64,000 bases of DNA from Escherichia phage C6: sequence record MW679410.1; one strand, 5' to 3'. The notes under the pieces were generated by a model that was not told the origin of the DNA, made no database searches, and worked only from the letters and a program-made list of their open reading frames with translations. Shown piece after piece: positions 36,858-48,309 of this stretch (positions are counted from its first letter, which is position 1; each line of letters starts with the position of its first letter). The translations under genes and the position numbers were made by a program.

Positions 36858-37181
36858 TTATTTATACAAGCAAGGAATTGCTTTGTAATGACAGGTAACG
36901 AATTTTTGTTTAATTTCTTTGGGCTGTTTAATACCCAATGCAACCAACGGATGAGGCACGTTAGCAATCTTACCAACAGGAAGTGGAGTCAAATCGCCTA
37001 CTTCACAAAAATCTTCAGGGACATCAGGTCCTACAGAATAAATTTCACAAAGTTCAGGGATTTCACCTTGATGGAGTTTGCCAATAACGATACCAGATGC
37101 AGTAGTTTCTTCATCACCAGCTTGTTTTGGTTCGGAAACGAGAATAACATATTCTCCGACCGCTTTAATAGGAAGTTCCAT
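36858..37181 (-). CDS. 31: Co-chaperonin gp31 (GroES analogue)
   Basis: 107 aa; ...[18 protein letters not shown]...ELC...[20 protein letters not shown]...[31 protein letters not shown] matches T4 gp31. Confidence 0.95.
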   Translation of the reverse strand: MELPIKAVGEYVILVSEPKQAGDEETTASGIVIGKLHQGEIPELCEIYSVGPDVPEDFCEVGDLTPLPVGKIANVPHPLVALGIKQPKEIKQKFVTCHYKAIPCLYK

Positions 37182-37239
37182 ATTTAATCCATATTGTTTT
37201 GTTGATAGATTAATAATAACACGCTATTCTTAAAGCATA

Positions 37240-37536
37240 TTACAGGACAAGCAGAGTTTCGGTCTGAAGGCCATTAACAGAAATCAGCTTATCGAAACGG
37301 AATGAACGCCATTGTTGAAGGTCGACATCAAAAACATATAGAGAATTACGTGGGCCTTGTTTACCTGTTTCAGATTTGAAGTCTTCCTTTTTAGGAAGAA
37401 GGTCTAAGTCACGGGTACATTTAAGACGACGAATAGTACCATTAATCTTTTCAAACACCACTTCGTGAATGCCTACGGACAGGATGGTTTTTACTTTTTC
37501 ACAAATGCGAATTGTTTCTTGTTCAGTTAAAATCAT
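37240..37536 (-). CDS. Hypothetical early protein (31.1 position)
   Basis: 98-aa ORF between 31 and cd. Confidence 0.5.
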   Translation of the reverse strand: MILTEQETIRICEKVKTILSVGIHEVVFEKINGTIRRLKCTRDLDLLPKKEDFKSETGKQGPRNSLYVFDVDLQQWRSFRFDKLISVNGLQTETLLVL

Positions 37537-37538
37537 AA

Positions 37539-37772
37539 TTATTCCAGAATAGTTTTGATAGTGGTTGCATTACGCTCTTTTAGAGCTCTTAATAGGCTAT
37601 AGCAATTTTCAAGAATAGGTACTGTTTTGTAGTTCATGTTGGCATAAACCCACTCAGATTTATAGTACGATTTCCATCGAGAGAAAAAGTACTTTTTGTA
37701 TTCTACTGAATAGGCTACTAAGCTTTCACCTTTTGAGTTCAGGCCTGAAAACTTAACTAGACGAAATTTCAT
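37539..37772 (-). CDS. Hypothetical early protein (31.2 position)
   Basis: 77-aa ORF; ATGA overlap with cd. Confidence 0.5.
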   Translation of the reverse strand: MKFRLVKFSGLNSKGESLVAYSVEYKKYFFSRWKSYYKSEWVYANMNYKTVPILENCYSLLRALKERNATTIKTILE

Positions 37773-38317
37773 TATTCACCACAATAGTTTTGAATTGATT
37801 CCCAGTTCAGAGAACGGAGACCTGTACGGTTATACTGGATAACTTCTATGCCTGATTCACGGAGGATATCGTCCCAACCTTCAGGATTTCGGTCATAGAG
37901 CTCAGCATAAACCAATGTTTTAATTCCAGACTGTGCAATAGACTTAGCACAATCGGCGCACGGAGATAACGTCACGTACATCGTAGCGCCATCAATAGAA
38001 CTTCCGGTACGAGCTGCAAACAAAATAGCATTCAGTTCAGCATGGATTTCATTTTTAGATGACCATGCAGCGTGAGCCATACGGTGTTCTTTAAGAAGAA
38101 CGGATTTATGCGACATTCGCGTCGGGTCATACACAACACGAGTCCAGTCCTGTTCCACAGCGTGGTCACAACAGTTAACACCGCCGGATGGTGAACCATT
38201 ATAGCCTGTAGAGATAATGCGACCATTCTTTTCGATAACCGCACCCACTTTCCATGAACAACATTTTGATTCTTGAGAAATCAGATATGCAATCTGAAGG
38301 TATGTGCTTGCTTTCAT
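37772..38317 (-). CDS. cd: dCMP deaminase
   Basis: 181 aa; cytidine/dCMP deaminase zinc motifs (HAELNAI... and LSPCADCAK); position as T4 cd. Confidence 0.92.
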   Translation of the reverse strand: MKASTYLQIAYLISQESKCCSWKVGAVIEKNGRIISTGYNGSPSGGVNCCDHAVEQDWTRVVYDPTRMSHKSVLLKEHRMAHAAWSSKNEIHAELNAILFAARTGSSIDGATMYVTLSPCADCAKSIAQSGIKTLVYAELYDRNPEGWDDILRESGIEVIQYNRTGLRSLNWESIQNYCGE

Positions 38318-38655
38318 TACATCACCACTAGATAAGCTGTATTATTGGTTTCGACACGATATAAATCAGTACGAAGTTTAGTGATAGATTTCACACGTGA
38401 GGTTAATATACCATAACCGTCCGGGAAGCGTTTTTGTTTATCGAAAAATACCGCCGCCGGAATTCGATCACCAATTTCAACCGGAAGAACAGTAGCCAGC
38501 ACAGCATCATATGTTGAAGTATGGATGCTTTGGAAATCTTCACTCAGTTTAAAAAGGTCTTTGATGTACTGAGTAGCCTTTTCAGAGAGACCTCGATGGT
38601 CTCCGTCTTCGTCAGATTGTAAGGTGGCATTAACTGCTAGTTTTAAATTAAGCAT
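38317..38655 (-). CDS. Hypothetical early protein (cd.x cluster)
   Basis: ORF; start moved to an internal Met (38655) to avoid a 50-nt overlap; ORF-track start is 38697. Confidence 0.45.
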   Translation of the reverse strand: MLNLKLAVNATLQSDEDGDHRGLSEKATQYIKDLFKLSEDFQSIHTSTYDAVLATVLPVEIGDRIPAAVFFDKQKRFPDGYGILTSRVKSITKLRTDLYRVETNNTAYLVVM

Positions 38656-38884
38656 CAATATACACCCGCTGCGCTTCGACCAGACCATCAGAACCAAGTT
38701 TCAACTGGGTAATCTGGCCGCCATTTTTAGGATTAACGATAACCAATACCGCACGTGGTGATTCCTGAATTACTCGCAGAGTTGCATCAGGAAAACGTAC
38801 AGAAACCTTATTAATCAGGGCCTGAGCAAATTCTTTAACTTTAACTTGGAACTGCTCTACAGTAATAGGTTGTTCGCTCAGCAT
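38648..38884 (-). CDS. Hypothetical early protein, 78 aa
   Basis: ORF; ATGA overlap with the upstream gene. Confidence 0.5.
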   Translation of the reverse strand: MLSEQPITVEQFQVKVKEFAQALINKVSVRFPDATLRVIQESPRAVLVIVNPKNGGQITQLKLGSDGLVEAQRVYIDA

Positions 38885-39438
38885 CAGATTGTCTCCAACT
38901 TAAGTTGTTTGGTAGTGGTAGCTTGGGTAACGTCGCCTTTAACAATATAACACACTTGTTGGAACGAACTGGTCAAAAGCTCTTCAGCCTGACGATCGGC
39001 TTGTTCCTTTGTGTTATGGCGAGAATGAACTTCAATCTTACCATTTTTAACAATAAGCACTTTCCAATCGGCTGTAGCTTTTACTGGCTTAGGTTCGTCA
39101 TTTTCAGGAATACTTACCGATACCGTCGGACGTGCCACTTCAATGAAGTATTCGAATTCATGAGCAAATGCACCTGTTGAATTAAAGAGAACACCATCTT
39201 TAACATCAGGATTACCGGTAATTTTGCCCATATCAGAAAACATCATTTCATCGTATATACGAATTCGGCTTACACGCGGCTTCCCATTATGGTAAATAAT
39301 TTCAACTTCAAACGGATTCATACCTACATACTTGGCAAAAGCCATATTAGTCATGTAAGCACCGTTACCAGTGAATTCATTTTTATAATGGTCACTTATA
39401 AACTTGTAAAACTTACGCTCTTCAAAGAACTTACTCAT
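38884..39438 (-). CDS. Hypothetical early protein, 184 aa
   Basis: ORF with a strong AGGAAATCGAAATG-type leader; no recognisable motif. Confidence 0.6.
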   Translation of the reverse strand: MSKFFEERKFYKFISDHYKNEFTGNGAYMTNMAFAKYVGMNPFEVEIIYHNGKPRVSRIRIYDEMMFSDMGKITGNPDVKDGVLFNSTGAFAHEFEYFIEVARPTVSVSIPENDEPKPVKATADWKVLIVKNGKIEVHSRHNTKEQADRQAEELLTSSFQQVCYIVKGDVTQATTTKQLKLETI

Positions 39439-39506
39439 TTCGATTTCCTCATTTGTTTCGGTAAGGTCATCATATCACCGTCCTTGGTGAAAGTAAACAC
39501 CTTTTT

Positions 39507-39785
39507 TTAAATTGCTTCGACAACTACCGTTTGTTTCTGGAAGTCCATTTTGCATGAAATAGCCAAAATGTGGTTATCAATTTTAAATGGGACAATTGCA
39601 AATGCTGCACCAGGCGTGAGTTGAACAGTGATTGCATCAACCGCATCCGGGAACATGATTTCCAGAATAGCAGACAAACGACCGTGCACCTTTAGTTCAG
39701 TCGACACGTCGACGGGTTCGTATAGGTAATCAGATACAATCTGACTAAAAATGGTTTTAACAATTTCAGAATAAGTAGGGAACAT
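39507..39785 (-). CDS. Hypothetical early protein, 92 aa
   Basis: ORF in the cd-pseT cluster. Confidence 0.5.
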   Translation of the reverse strand: MFPTYSEIVKTIFSQIVSDYLYEPVDVSTELKVHGRLSAILEIMFPDAVDAITVQLTPGAAFAIVPFKIDNHILAISCKMDFQKQTVVVEAI

Positions 39786-39792
39786 AATTACC

Positions 39793-40008
39793 TCAGTGTA
39801 CTGTATGGACCTTCACGTTAACAATAAACCGGTCAACGACTTCAGTCAGAGGAACGAACTCAACATAGTACTCGCCTTTGTAACGTTCATTGAGGTCATT
39901 ACGAAGGGCCGCTAGTGAGTTAATGAGGGTAGGAGACATATTCTGACCTACCAGTTTCTGAAGCTCTTTATAAGCTTCTTCTTCAACTTCGTGGTGTTTG
40001 TTATACAT
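39793..40008 (-). CDS. Hypothetical early protein, about 72 aa
   Basis: ORF; start placed at an internal Met just after the upstream stop; ORF-track start is 40113. Confidence 0.4.
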   Translation of the reverse strand: MYNKHHEVEEEAYKELQKLVGQNMSPTLINSLAALRNDLNERYKGEYYVEFVPLTEVVDRFIVNVKVHTVH

Positions 40009-40197
40009 AATGTTCTTCCAAGAAGGCAAGGAGTTCAGGAGCGGATTTAAAAATACCACCATCGACCTTGTCTTCATCTTTATAGTCCATAACATCCAGG
40101 CCAATACGTCCATCGGTTAAAGGCCATACGCTGAAAAAGTATTCGTAACGTTTTTCAATTTCTTCGATTGTGCGAAAAATCTTTTCAATATTATTCA

Positions 40198-40198
<1 letters not shown>
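40001..40198 (-). CDS. Hypothetical early protein, about 65 aa
   Basis: ORF; start placed at the Met overlapping the pseT stop; ORF-track start is 40228. Confidence 0.4.
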
Positions 40199-41398
<1,200 letters not shown>

Positions 41399-41402
<4 letters not shown>

Positions 41403-41881
41403 ACACCGAGTTCCTTATAAAGTTCTTCACGGCAAGTTTTAAGGGTTTTACCTGATTCGTAAGCAACACTTTCAGGAACATCGCCAAGGGTTACAGCGGA
41501 TTGCATTTGGCCATGGCGTTTAGCCGCGTATTCAAAACTTTTCACTAGCTCACGAATACGTTCTTTTTCATTGTACTCTTCAATGAATTCAGGGTATTCC
41601 CAAACCGGACGCATCATACGATACCACTGTTGGATGGTAATATAATTACTTCCATCCAAATTAATAATCTGCGAAGGCTCAATAGACCCTGGAGCATAAA
41701 AAGTTACCTGTCTTACTACATCAATACCGTCCACAATAGCCCAAGCAAAATTGAAAGTTGCCTTCTTTTCAATTGGTGTACTTGCACAGGACCCTAATTT
41801 TAAGAGCTTTTGTAATGCGGGAGATTTAATACTTGAAATGTATTCAGGCTTAGCCACAAAACTGTTATCACGTAAAGTCAT
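41399..41881 (-). CDS. Hypothetical early protein, 160 aa
   Basis: Start moved to the Met at 41881 (GAGG upstream); the ORF-track Met at 41917 lies inside the -10 box of the promoter at 41916-41945. Confidence 0.55.
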
Positions 41882-41915
41882 AATAATTTCCTCAAATTTT
41901 ATAATCCGTAGGAGC

Positions 41916-41945
41916 ATTATACTCTGCTCCCAAGAGTTTGTAAAC
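41916..41945 (-). promoter_or_regulatory. Early promoter for the 160-aa ORF
   Basis: Minus strand GTTTACA, 17-nt spacer, TATAAT; inverted repeat GGAGCA...TGCTCC spans the -10. Confidence 0.55.
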
Positions 41946-42048
41946 TACTTTCCAAAAAGACCATGCATACACATGCTGAACACAATCCCAAAACAAAAGA
42001 ATGCAGCGCCAAATCTAACGGCATCCCAACCGCAAACACATGTCTCAA

Positions 42049-42339
42049 TCATTTGCACTTCTCCTCTTTTAGTCCAGAACGATAATAACATAACATAGAT
42101 TTCTGGTCTTGTACATATCTTTTTACGTCATTCAACCAAATACGATGTTCTTGGGAATCTTCAAATGGCATTCCAACCCAAGCTTTACCATCGATTACCT
42201 TAACCTGCCATTTAACATTATGTTCGGCAATAGGTTGTGGCCATGAAGGATGCAGTTGTTGCTTAGGCACTACAGGGATGTCCTGGGTGCATCCAACTAA
42301 CAAGCCAATAGATAACACTACCACAGATAATTTAATCAT
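42049..42339 (-). CDS. Outer-membrane spanin (o-spanin) lipoprotein
   Basis: 96 aa; signal peptide with lipobox LLVGC then Pro-rich periplasmic domain; directly downstream of and overlapping the i-spanin gene. Confidence 0.8.
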   Translation of the reverse strand: MIKLSVVVLSIGLLVGCTQDIPVVPKQQLHPSWPQPIAEHNVKWQVKVIDGKAWVGMPFEDSQEHRIWLNDVKRYVQDQKSMLCYYRSGLKEEKCK

Positions 42340-42689
42340 TCTGTAATGCTCCTGAAGTCTTCTGTAAAGGAATCGAAGGACTTGTTGATTTGTTTTTCGA
42401 CCAGTCCTGGCTTACTTGCCACCACGTGCGCCTTCTTCGAATCTTTACGGAGCTTTTCATTTTCTACCTTAATTTTATCCATTCGGGCATTCATTTCAGT
42501 AGTACGGAATTCAATATCCGAGTATTGACCACGAAGGTCCTCTACAGCTTCAGCGTTCTGTTTGGCTGTTTGCTGGGTAGTTTTCAGTTCTTCAGTAAGG
42601 GTATCAATACGACTTGATTGATACGAAATAAAACCGTAAGCACCTACTGCAATGGCTCCAGCTAAAAGGTAAATACTTAATTTAGACAT
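42336..42689 (-). CDS. Inner-membrane spanin (i-spanin)
   Basis: 117 aa; N-terminal transmembrane helix (IYLLAGAIAVGAYGFISY) followed by a charged coiled-coil-like domain. Confidence 0.8.
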   Translation of the reverse strand: MSKLSIYLLAGAIAVGAYGFISYQSSRIDTLTEELKTTQQTAKQNAEAVEDLRGQYSDIEFRTTEMNARMDKIKVENEKLRKDSKKAHVVASKPGLVEKQINKSFDSFTEDFRSITE

Positions 42690-43177
42690 TTGGTAATAAT
42701 CTCGATGATGTCATCACGTGACAGGGAATTAATAAGAACCGTTTTAGGATTTTCGCACTGAATTTTGTACGTTTCGAACATAAAACACAATTCTTCAGCG
42801 GTATGGTAAGGACTTGAAATGCCGAGGCGATTAAACTTGTCGCTTAATGGGTCGCAAATCAAATAGAAAGTGATGCCTGAGATTTTAACATTAGGTTGGC
42901 TAATATTAATGAACACCTCGGCATCGTACTTGGAAAGGTTGTTTTGGAGAAACTCAACCATAGAGTTAACAGCTTCTGGCATGGCTTCACGCTTTTCTTC
43001 TGCATAACGGGTAGAGTATTCTTTTTGCTTGATTTTCTTTTTAGCATTTTTAGCTAAAGTAACACGAAGATCGGTCAGGTAACCTACTGCACGAGAACCT
43101 TTAAAAACTTGGATACCGTCAGTAGAGTCACCAAAAGCCTTAACAACCATTTCGTTAGTAATCATTTGCATATTCAT
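42677..43177 (-). CDS. Hypothetical early protein, 166 aa (position and size of T4 alc; identity not confirmed)
   Basis: ORF upstream of rnlA with GAGGAG RBS and an early promoter at 43209-43237. Confidence 0.55.
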   Translation of the reverse strand: MNMQMITNEMVVKAFGDSTDGIQVFKGSRAVGYLTDLRVTLAKNAKKKIKQKEYSTRYAEEKREAMPEAVNSMVEFLQNNLSKYDAEVFINISQPNVKISGITFYLICDPLSDKFNRLGISSPYHTAEELCFMFETYKIQCENPKTVLINSLSRDDIIEIITKCLN

Positions 43178-43208
43178 TTTGTTTTTCTCCTCATTAGTTG
43201 GTAAGTCT

Positions 43209-43237
43209 ATACTAACACATCATGAGGAGATGTAAAC
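43209..43237 (-). promoter_or_regulatory. Early promoter upstream of the 166-aa gene
   Basis: Minus strand GTTTACA, 17-nt spacer, TAGTAT; leader ...AATGAGGAGAAAAACAAAATG. Confidence 0.55.
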
Positions 43238-44385
43238 TACTCTACCACAATTTCTTTCAAATATTTTTCAGGGATTTGGGCTTTATGGTTTTTCAAGAAC
43301 ACCGAGTTAATCTGGTCTACAACCGTATCATAATTAATACCGCCTACGTACGCCTGCATAAGAATAGAGAACAGCCCTGGGAAGTCCTTAAGGATTAACT
43401 GACCCGTAACGGCATAGTCTTTACGGTCGCGGCCCTTGAGTTGGGAATATGCTGCTTCCAACAAAGCCAATGATTGTTCTAGGTAATCTAGATGGATACG
43501 TTCAAAGGCATCGATTTTCTCGATAGCAAAGGAATCCGTACTGAACAGACCACGGAGGTCATCGGTTCCACCGGCCACTACAACTTCAAACAAACGTTCG
43601 TTATTGTTAATGGAATCTTTGGTATGGTGCAGTGCACTGTACCAGGCAGTTTTGAGTTTAAAGAACGTACCATCTTTCAGTACAAAGATGAAACCTTCAA
43701 TACCCTCTTGTTTACGGATGTTTTCTACGAAATCACCTTCAGTGAGGTCATAGCTTTCAACCAAATGCTTACGCAGCGCGCCATCTTTAAACAGTTCAGC
43801 ATATGGAATATATTCACCTGTTTCATTATTACGAACGTTCAACAGGATGAGGTTTGTTTCTTGGTACGCCAGCACGATACGGTTGGTAGGTGCAACATAT
43901 TCAAGGTTGCAGGTATACCCAGCTTTGGTGATTTCTTCTAGACGTGCGGCAAAAGCCTCGTTCTCAGGGAGACGAAGGAAACGTAAAGAATCATACACCA
44001 TTGATGAATGGATAGAGCCTTTAGATTTAACAGAAAGATACTGACGGTCCATGAATGTAGAAATCAGAGAACCATCTTCCTTAGCCATTACGAGGTCGAT
44101 ATTTTCTGGCGACAAATCCAGACCGATAGTCATAGGGTTTTCGTCGAGGTTAAAGAACTTTTGCATAGGACGAGCAGCAATACGTACTGGACCATTCTCG
44201 TCCATTTCAAACATAATGCCTCGACACTCTAGTGCGCCGTCTTCCAACCAATCACTGTACGATGCATAGTTATAACTAAAGATGCGATAGTTGACTCCTA
44301 GCGCACTCTGAAAGTCTTTAAAGAAGAACTTAGATTTAGTCGAGTTTTTAACCAAGGCCATCAAGTTATCATATAATTCAATCAT
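43237..44385 (-). CDS. rnlA: RNA ligase 1 (RnlA, gene 63)
   Basis: 382 aa; position between denA and the alc-position gene; size close to T4 Rnl1 (374 aa); nucleotidyltransferase-like lysine in ...DLVMAKEDGSL. Confidence 0.85.
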   Translation of the reverse strand: MIELYDNLMALVKNSTKSKFFFKDFQSALGVNYRIFSYNYASYSDWLEDGALECRGIMFEMDENGPVRIAARPMQKFFNLDENPMTIGLDLSPENIDLVMAKEDGSLISTFMDRQYLSVKSKGSIHSSMVYDSLRFLRLPENEAFAARLEEITKAGYTCNLEYVAPTNRIVLAYQETNLILLNVRNNETGEYIPYAELFKDGALRKHLVESYDLTEGDFVENIRKQEGIEGFIFVLKDGTFFKLKTAWYSALHHTKDSINNNERLFEVVVAGGTDDLRGLFSTDSFAIEKIDAFERIHLDYLEQSLALLEAAYSQLKGRDRKDYAVTGQLILKDFPGLFSILMQAYVGGINYDTVVDQINSVFLKNHKAQIPEKYLKEIVVE

Positions 44386-44795
44386 TGCTTTATCCTATGT
44401 TGGGTATTCCAAGGTGGATTAAATTTCTTTATGAACATTGGCTCTTCAAGAGACATGGTCTCAACTGACATAGTTCCAAGTTCGTTAGTCATCGACAGAT
44501 TAAAGCACTGCCGTGCATAGAACTCTACCTTTTTACCTGCCATTAATGCTTCATGAATCAGAATGGACTTGGTCGAATCCGACGTTTGGTCCTTACGATT
44601 AATAGCGGTTCGGTAGTAGTTGATGCGCTTACGAAGATTTTTAGTCTTCCCGATGTAGACTAGTATATCATCAACCGCTATAGCATATATGACATTTTGT
44701 TTATTTGGTACTGTGAGCGGAGCAATGCTGGCGTCATCTTGGAGTTCTAGGGTGACGTACTTGATAAAGCTAAATTCGTCTGCGATTTCTTTCAT
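44382..44795 (-). CDS. denA: Endonuclease II (GIY-YIG family)
   Basis: 137 aa; VIYAIAVDDILVYIGKTKNLRKRINYYR (GIY-YIG-like); position and size match T4 denA. Confidence 0.85.
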   Translation of the reverse strand: MKEIADEFSFIKYVTLELQDDASIAPLTVPNKQNVIYAIAVDDILVYIGKTKNLRKRINYYRTAINRKDQTSDSTKSILIHEALMAGKKVEFYARQCFNLSMTNELGTMSVETMSLEEPMFIKKFNPPWNTQHRIKQ

Positions 44796-44821
44796 AGCAA
44801 TAAGGGGCCGAAGCCCCGTCC

Positions 44822-46030
44822 TTAAAAATATTTCTTGTATGATGCCATTACTTTATCATCAACATCATTATCAATTTGTGCTACAAGGTAAGAACTGATT
44901 TCCACTTCCTGAGGAGCAGCCTGTACAGCATCAGAGTTCAGGTATTCGCGAATCCAAGGATACGGATGGCGGGTAGGAGCATCAGTAATAGGACATGGTA
45001 AGCCGCATTGTTTCATACGAGAAACTGTCAAGTAATCGACAAAAGCACCCATGTTCTGAGTATTTAATCCAGGGCAAGTGCCGTCTTTGAACAGGTGAGC
45101 GGCCCATTCTTTTTCTTGACGGTTAACTTCCATGAAAATATCAACTGCTTCTTGTTCACACTCTTGAGCAATTTTAACCCATTCGTCGCCATCAGTGCCA
45201 AGTTGGAGTTGACGAATAATGTACTGGGTACCTTTAAGGTGAAGCTGTTCATCACGTGCAATGAACTTCATAATCTTGGCATTACCTTCCATGATTTCCA
45301 TGTTCTTATGGAAGTTAAAGGTACATGCGAAAGATACATAAAAACGAATAGCTTCCAATGCGTTGATTACGTGGAGACAAAGATAAAGAGAACGCATCAG
45401 TTCACGTTTCCAATACATCTCATGCTCTATGGCATCTTCAATATCATCTTCGTCTGCGTTAATTTCTTTTTGGTACTCAATATCAGCTTTAGCATTCTGC
45501 CAATATCTAGTTTTCTTTAAAACATCGTCATAATAACGACCAATGGATTCGGCCCGTTTCATGATGGCGTCATCTAACAGAATTTCATCAAATACCTTAG
45601 ACGGATCTGTATAGAGGTTACGCATGATATGGGTATATGAACGAGAGTGAATAGTTTCACTAAAGGTCCATGTGGCAACCCATGTATCGAGGCTAGGGTC
45701 TGAAATCAAGGCCTGAAGCGCTGCAGAAGGAGCACGTCCCTGGATACTATCCAGAAGTGATTGATACTTCAGGTTATTGGTAAAAATATTTTGCTGGAAT
45801 TGTGGAAGCTTATTAAACTGGGCAGCGTCCATCATCAAGTTGACTTCTTCTGGACGCCAGAAAAAACTCAACTGCTTTTCACAAAGCTCTTCGAATACTT
45901 TATGACGTTGGATATCATAACGAGCAATACCCAATCCTGAACCAAAGAACATCGGCTCGACTAAAACATCAACTGGGGTAGTATTAAAAACTGTAGACAT
46001 GTTATTCTCATTTGTTAGTGACTCATCCAT
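44822..46030 (-). CDS. nrdB: Ribonucleotide reductase beta subunit, uninterrupted
   Basis: 402 aa continuous ORF with class Ia R2 features; no intron-sized interruption. Confidence 0.93.
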   Translation of the reverse strand: MDESLTNENNMSTVFNTTPVDVLVEPMFFGSGLGIARYDIQRHKVFEELCEKQLSFFWRPEEVNLMMDAAQFNKLPQFQQNIFTNNLKYQSLLDSIQGRAPSAALQALISDPSLDTWVATWTFSETIHSRSYTHIMRNLYTDPSKVFDEILLDDAIMKRAESIGRYYDDVLKKTRYWQNAKADIEYQKEINADEDDIEDAIEHEMYWKRELMRSLYLCLHVINALEAIRFYVSFACTFNFHKNMEIMEGNAKIMKFIARDEQLHLKGTQYIIRQLQLGTDGDEWVKIAQECEQEAVDIFMEVNRQEKEWAAHLFKDGTCPGLNTQNMGAFVDYLTVSRMKQCGLPCPITDAPTRHPYPWIREYLNSDAVQAAPQEVEISSYLVAQIDNDVDDKVMASYKKYF

Positions 46031-46053
46031 GAGTCAATTATAATCAGATTTTA

Positions 46054-48309
46054 TTAAAGCTTACAAGCTGCACAATCGTCGGCTTTAGGAGTTTCGATTT
46101 CGTAGTCATCAGTACCAGAGCCATCTCGGGTATTATGATAGTAAAGGTTCTTACCACCGTAGTACCAGAAATATAGCAGGTCATCAAGCATTACAGACAT
46201 CGGAACTTTTCCTTTTGGAAAAATCTGCGGGTCGTAATATGTGTTTGCTGATGCAGATTGACAAACCCATTTCAACATAATCACCACCTGCGTAAGATAA
46301 GGTTTATTACCTTTCTTAGCAAGTGTCCAAGCGTAATCATAGAGCCCTTGGTTATGTTCTACATTAGGAACTACCTGACGGAAGTTACCTTCTTTAGATT
46401 CTTTAATACTTACCGGGCCACGCGGAGGTTCGATACCGTTTGTAGAGTTGGAAACCTGGCTGCTTGATTCGCACGGCATAAGTGCTGATAATGTGCTATT
46501 ACGGATGCCATGTTTAGCCAAGTCTTCCCGCAACGACGTCCAGTCACAAACATAGTTAGGGGCTGCGATTTGGTCAATCTTTTTATTGTACCAGTCGATA
46601 GGTAATTCGCCTCGAGACCATTTAGTGTCTGAATAATACTCGCAAGGTCCTTTTTCTTCGGCCAACTTGATTGATGCTCGGATAAGTCCATATTGTAATC
46701 TCTCAAACAGTTCGTGAGTTAAATCGTTAGCGTCTTCATAAGAAGCAAAGTTTGAAGCCAACCAAGCGGCGTAGTTCGTAACACCTACACCCAGGTTACG
46801 ACGTTTCTTAGCCTTCAGAGCTTCAGGAACAGGATAATCTTGGTAGTCCAACAGGTTATCAAGTGCACGTACCTGGACTTCAGCAAGTTCGTTGATTTTG
46901 TCTTGGTCCTGCCAATCGAAGTTATCCAGCACAAATGCAGACAATGTACACAAGCCAATTTCAGCGTCCGGACTATTCACATCAGTAGTCGGGATAGCAA
47001 TTTCACAACACAAGTTACTCTGACGAATAGGAGCTTTCTCACGAATAAATGGTGTGAAGTTGTTAGTGTTATCAACGAATTGAGGATAAATTCGTGCAGT
47101 GCCTGAACGTTCAGTCATGAACAATTCAAAAAGGTCACGTGCTTTAATACGTTTCTTACGAATACTAGGGTCTTTTTCTGCAGCTTCATACAATTCACGG
47201 AAACGGTCTTGGTCTTCGAAATAAGAATGGTAAAGCTCACCACCCATTTCATGAGGACTAAACAGAGTAATGTAATCATTTTTGCCGAAACGTTCCATCA
47301 TCAGGTCGTTCAACTGGATTCCGTAGTCCATATGACGAATACGGTTCTCATCGACACCCTTGTTGTTTTTCAGAACGAGCAGATTTTCAACTTCCAAATG
47401 CCAAATAGGATAATAAGCAGTAGCAGCGCCGCCACGGATTCCACCTTGTGAACATGATTTAACAGCAGTCTGGAAATGTTTCCAGAATGGAATAACACCG
47501 GTATGTTTGACTTCACCCATGCCAATACGAGAACCTTCAGCACGAATCATACCAACGTTGATACCAATACCTGCACGTTTAGAAATGTATTCAATTATTG
47601 AGTTAGCAGTTTTGTTAATAGATTTCAGTGAGTCGCCTGCTTCAATAACCACACAAGAACTAAATTGGCGAGTTGGTGTACGGGCTCCGGCCATAATAGG
47701 AGTAGGCAACGAAACCTGACGAGTACTTACGGCATCATAAAAACGAATAATATGTGCTAAACGATTACCCGGCTCTTCTTGGTGTAAGGCCATACCAATA
47801 CACATGATAGCGAACTGAGGAGTTTCATAGATTTTACCGGTTGTTTTATCTTTAACCAGATATTTCTCTTTCAGCTGCATTGCGCCAGCATATGTCAATT
47901 CGAAATCGCGTTCATGCTTGATATGAGATTCTAAGAAAGTAATTTCTTCTGCAGAATATCGAGACAGCAATTCAGGGTCATATTTACCTTCGTTAACACA
48001 ATAGGAAATATGGTCGATAAAACTACGCGGTTCAAACTGGCCGTAAACTTCTTTACGCAGTGCAAACATCAATTGCTTTGCAGCAACATATTGGTAATCA
48101 GGCTCTTCAACCGAAATAAGGTTGGCTGCTACCTTAACAGTCAGATTCTGAATATCTTTGGTAGTCATACCATCGCGAAGATGAGATTTGATTTCTTCGT
48201 ATAATTCATAGGGGTCGATTTGGGTTCCTTCACAGCCCCAAGTCAGAACTTTAATAATTTTTTGTGCGTCAAAATCTTGGGATACACCACTACTTTTTTG
48301 TACTTGCAT
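46054..48309 (-). CDS. nrdA: Ribonucleotide reductase alpha subunit
   Basis: 751 aa; class Ia R1 motifs including the C-terminal redox pair (...ADDCAACKL). Confidence 0.95.
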   Translation of the reverse strand: MQVQKSSGVSQDFDAQKIIKVLTWGCEGTQIDPYELYEEIKSHLRDGMTTKDIQNLTVKVAANLISVEEPDYQYVAAKQLMFALRKEVYGQFEPRSFIDHISYCVNEGKYDPELLSRYSAEEITFLESHIKHERDFELTYAGAMQLKEKYLVKDKTTGKIYETPQFAIMCIGMALHQEEPGNRLAHIIRFYDAVSTRQVSLPTPIMAGARTPTRQFSSCVVIEAGDSLKSINKTANSIIEYISKRAGIGINVGMIRAEGSRIGMGEVKHTGVIPFWKHFQTAVKSCSQGGIRGGAATAYYPIWHLEVENLLVLKNNKGVDENRIRHMDYGIQLNDLMMERFGKNDYITLFSPHEMGGELYHSYFEDQDRFRELYEAAEKDPSIRKKRIKARDLFELFMTERSGTARIYPQFVDNTNNFTPFIREKAPIRQSNLCCEIAIPTTDVNSPDAEIGLCTLSAFVLDNFDWQDQDKINELAEVQVRALDNLLDYQDYPVPEALKAKKRRNLGVGVTNYAAWLASNFASYEDANDLTHELFERLQYGLIRASIKLAEEKGPCEYYSDTKWSRGELPIDWYNKKIDQIAAPNYVCDWTSLREDLAKHGIRNSTLSALMPCESSSQVSNSTNGIEPPRGPVSIKESKEGNFRQVVPNVEHNQGLYDYAWTLAKKGNKPYLTQVVIMLKWVCQSASANTYYDPQIFPKGKVPMSVMLDDLLYFWYYGGKNLYYHNTRDGSGTDDYEIETPKADDCAACKL

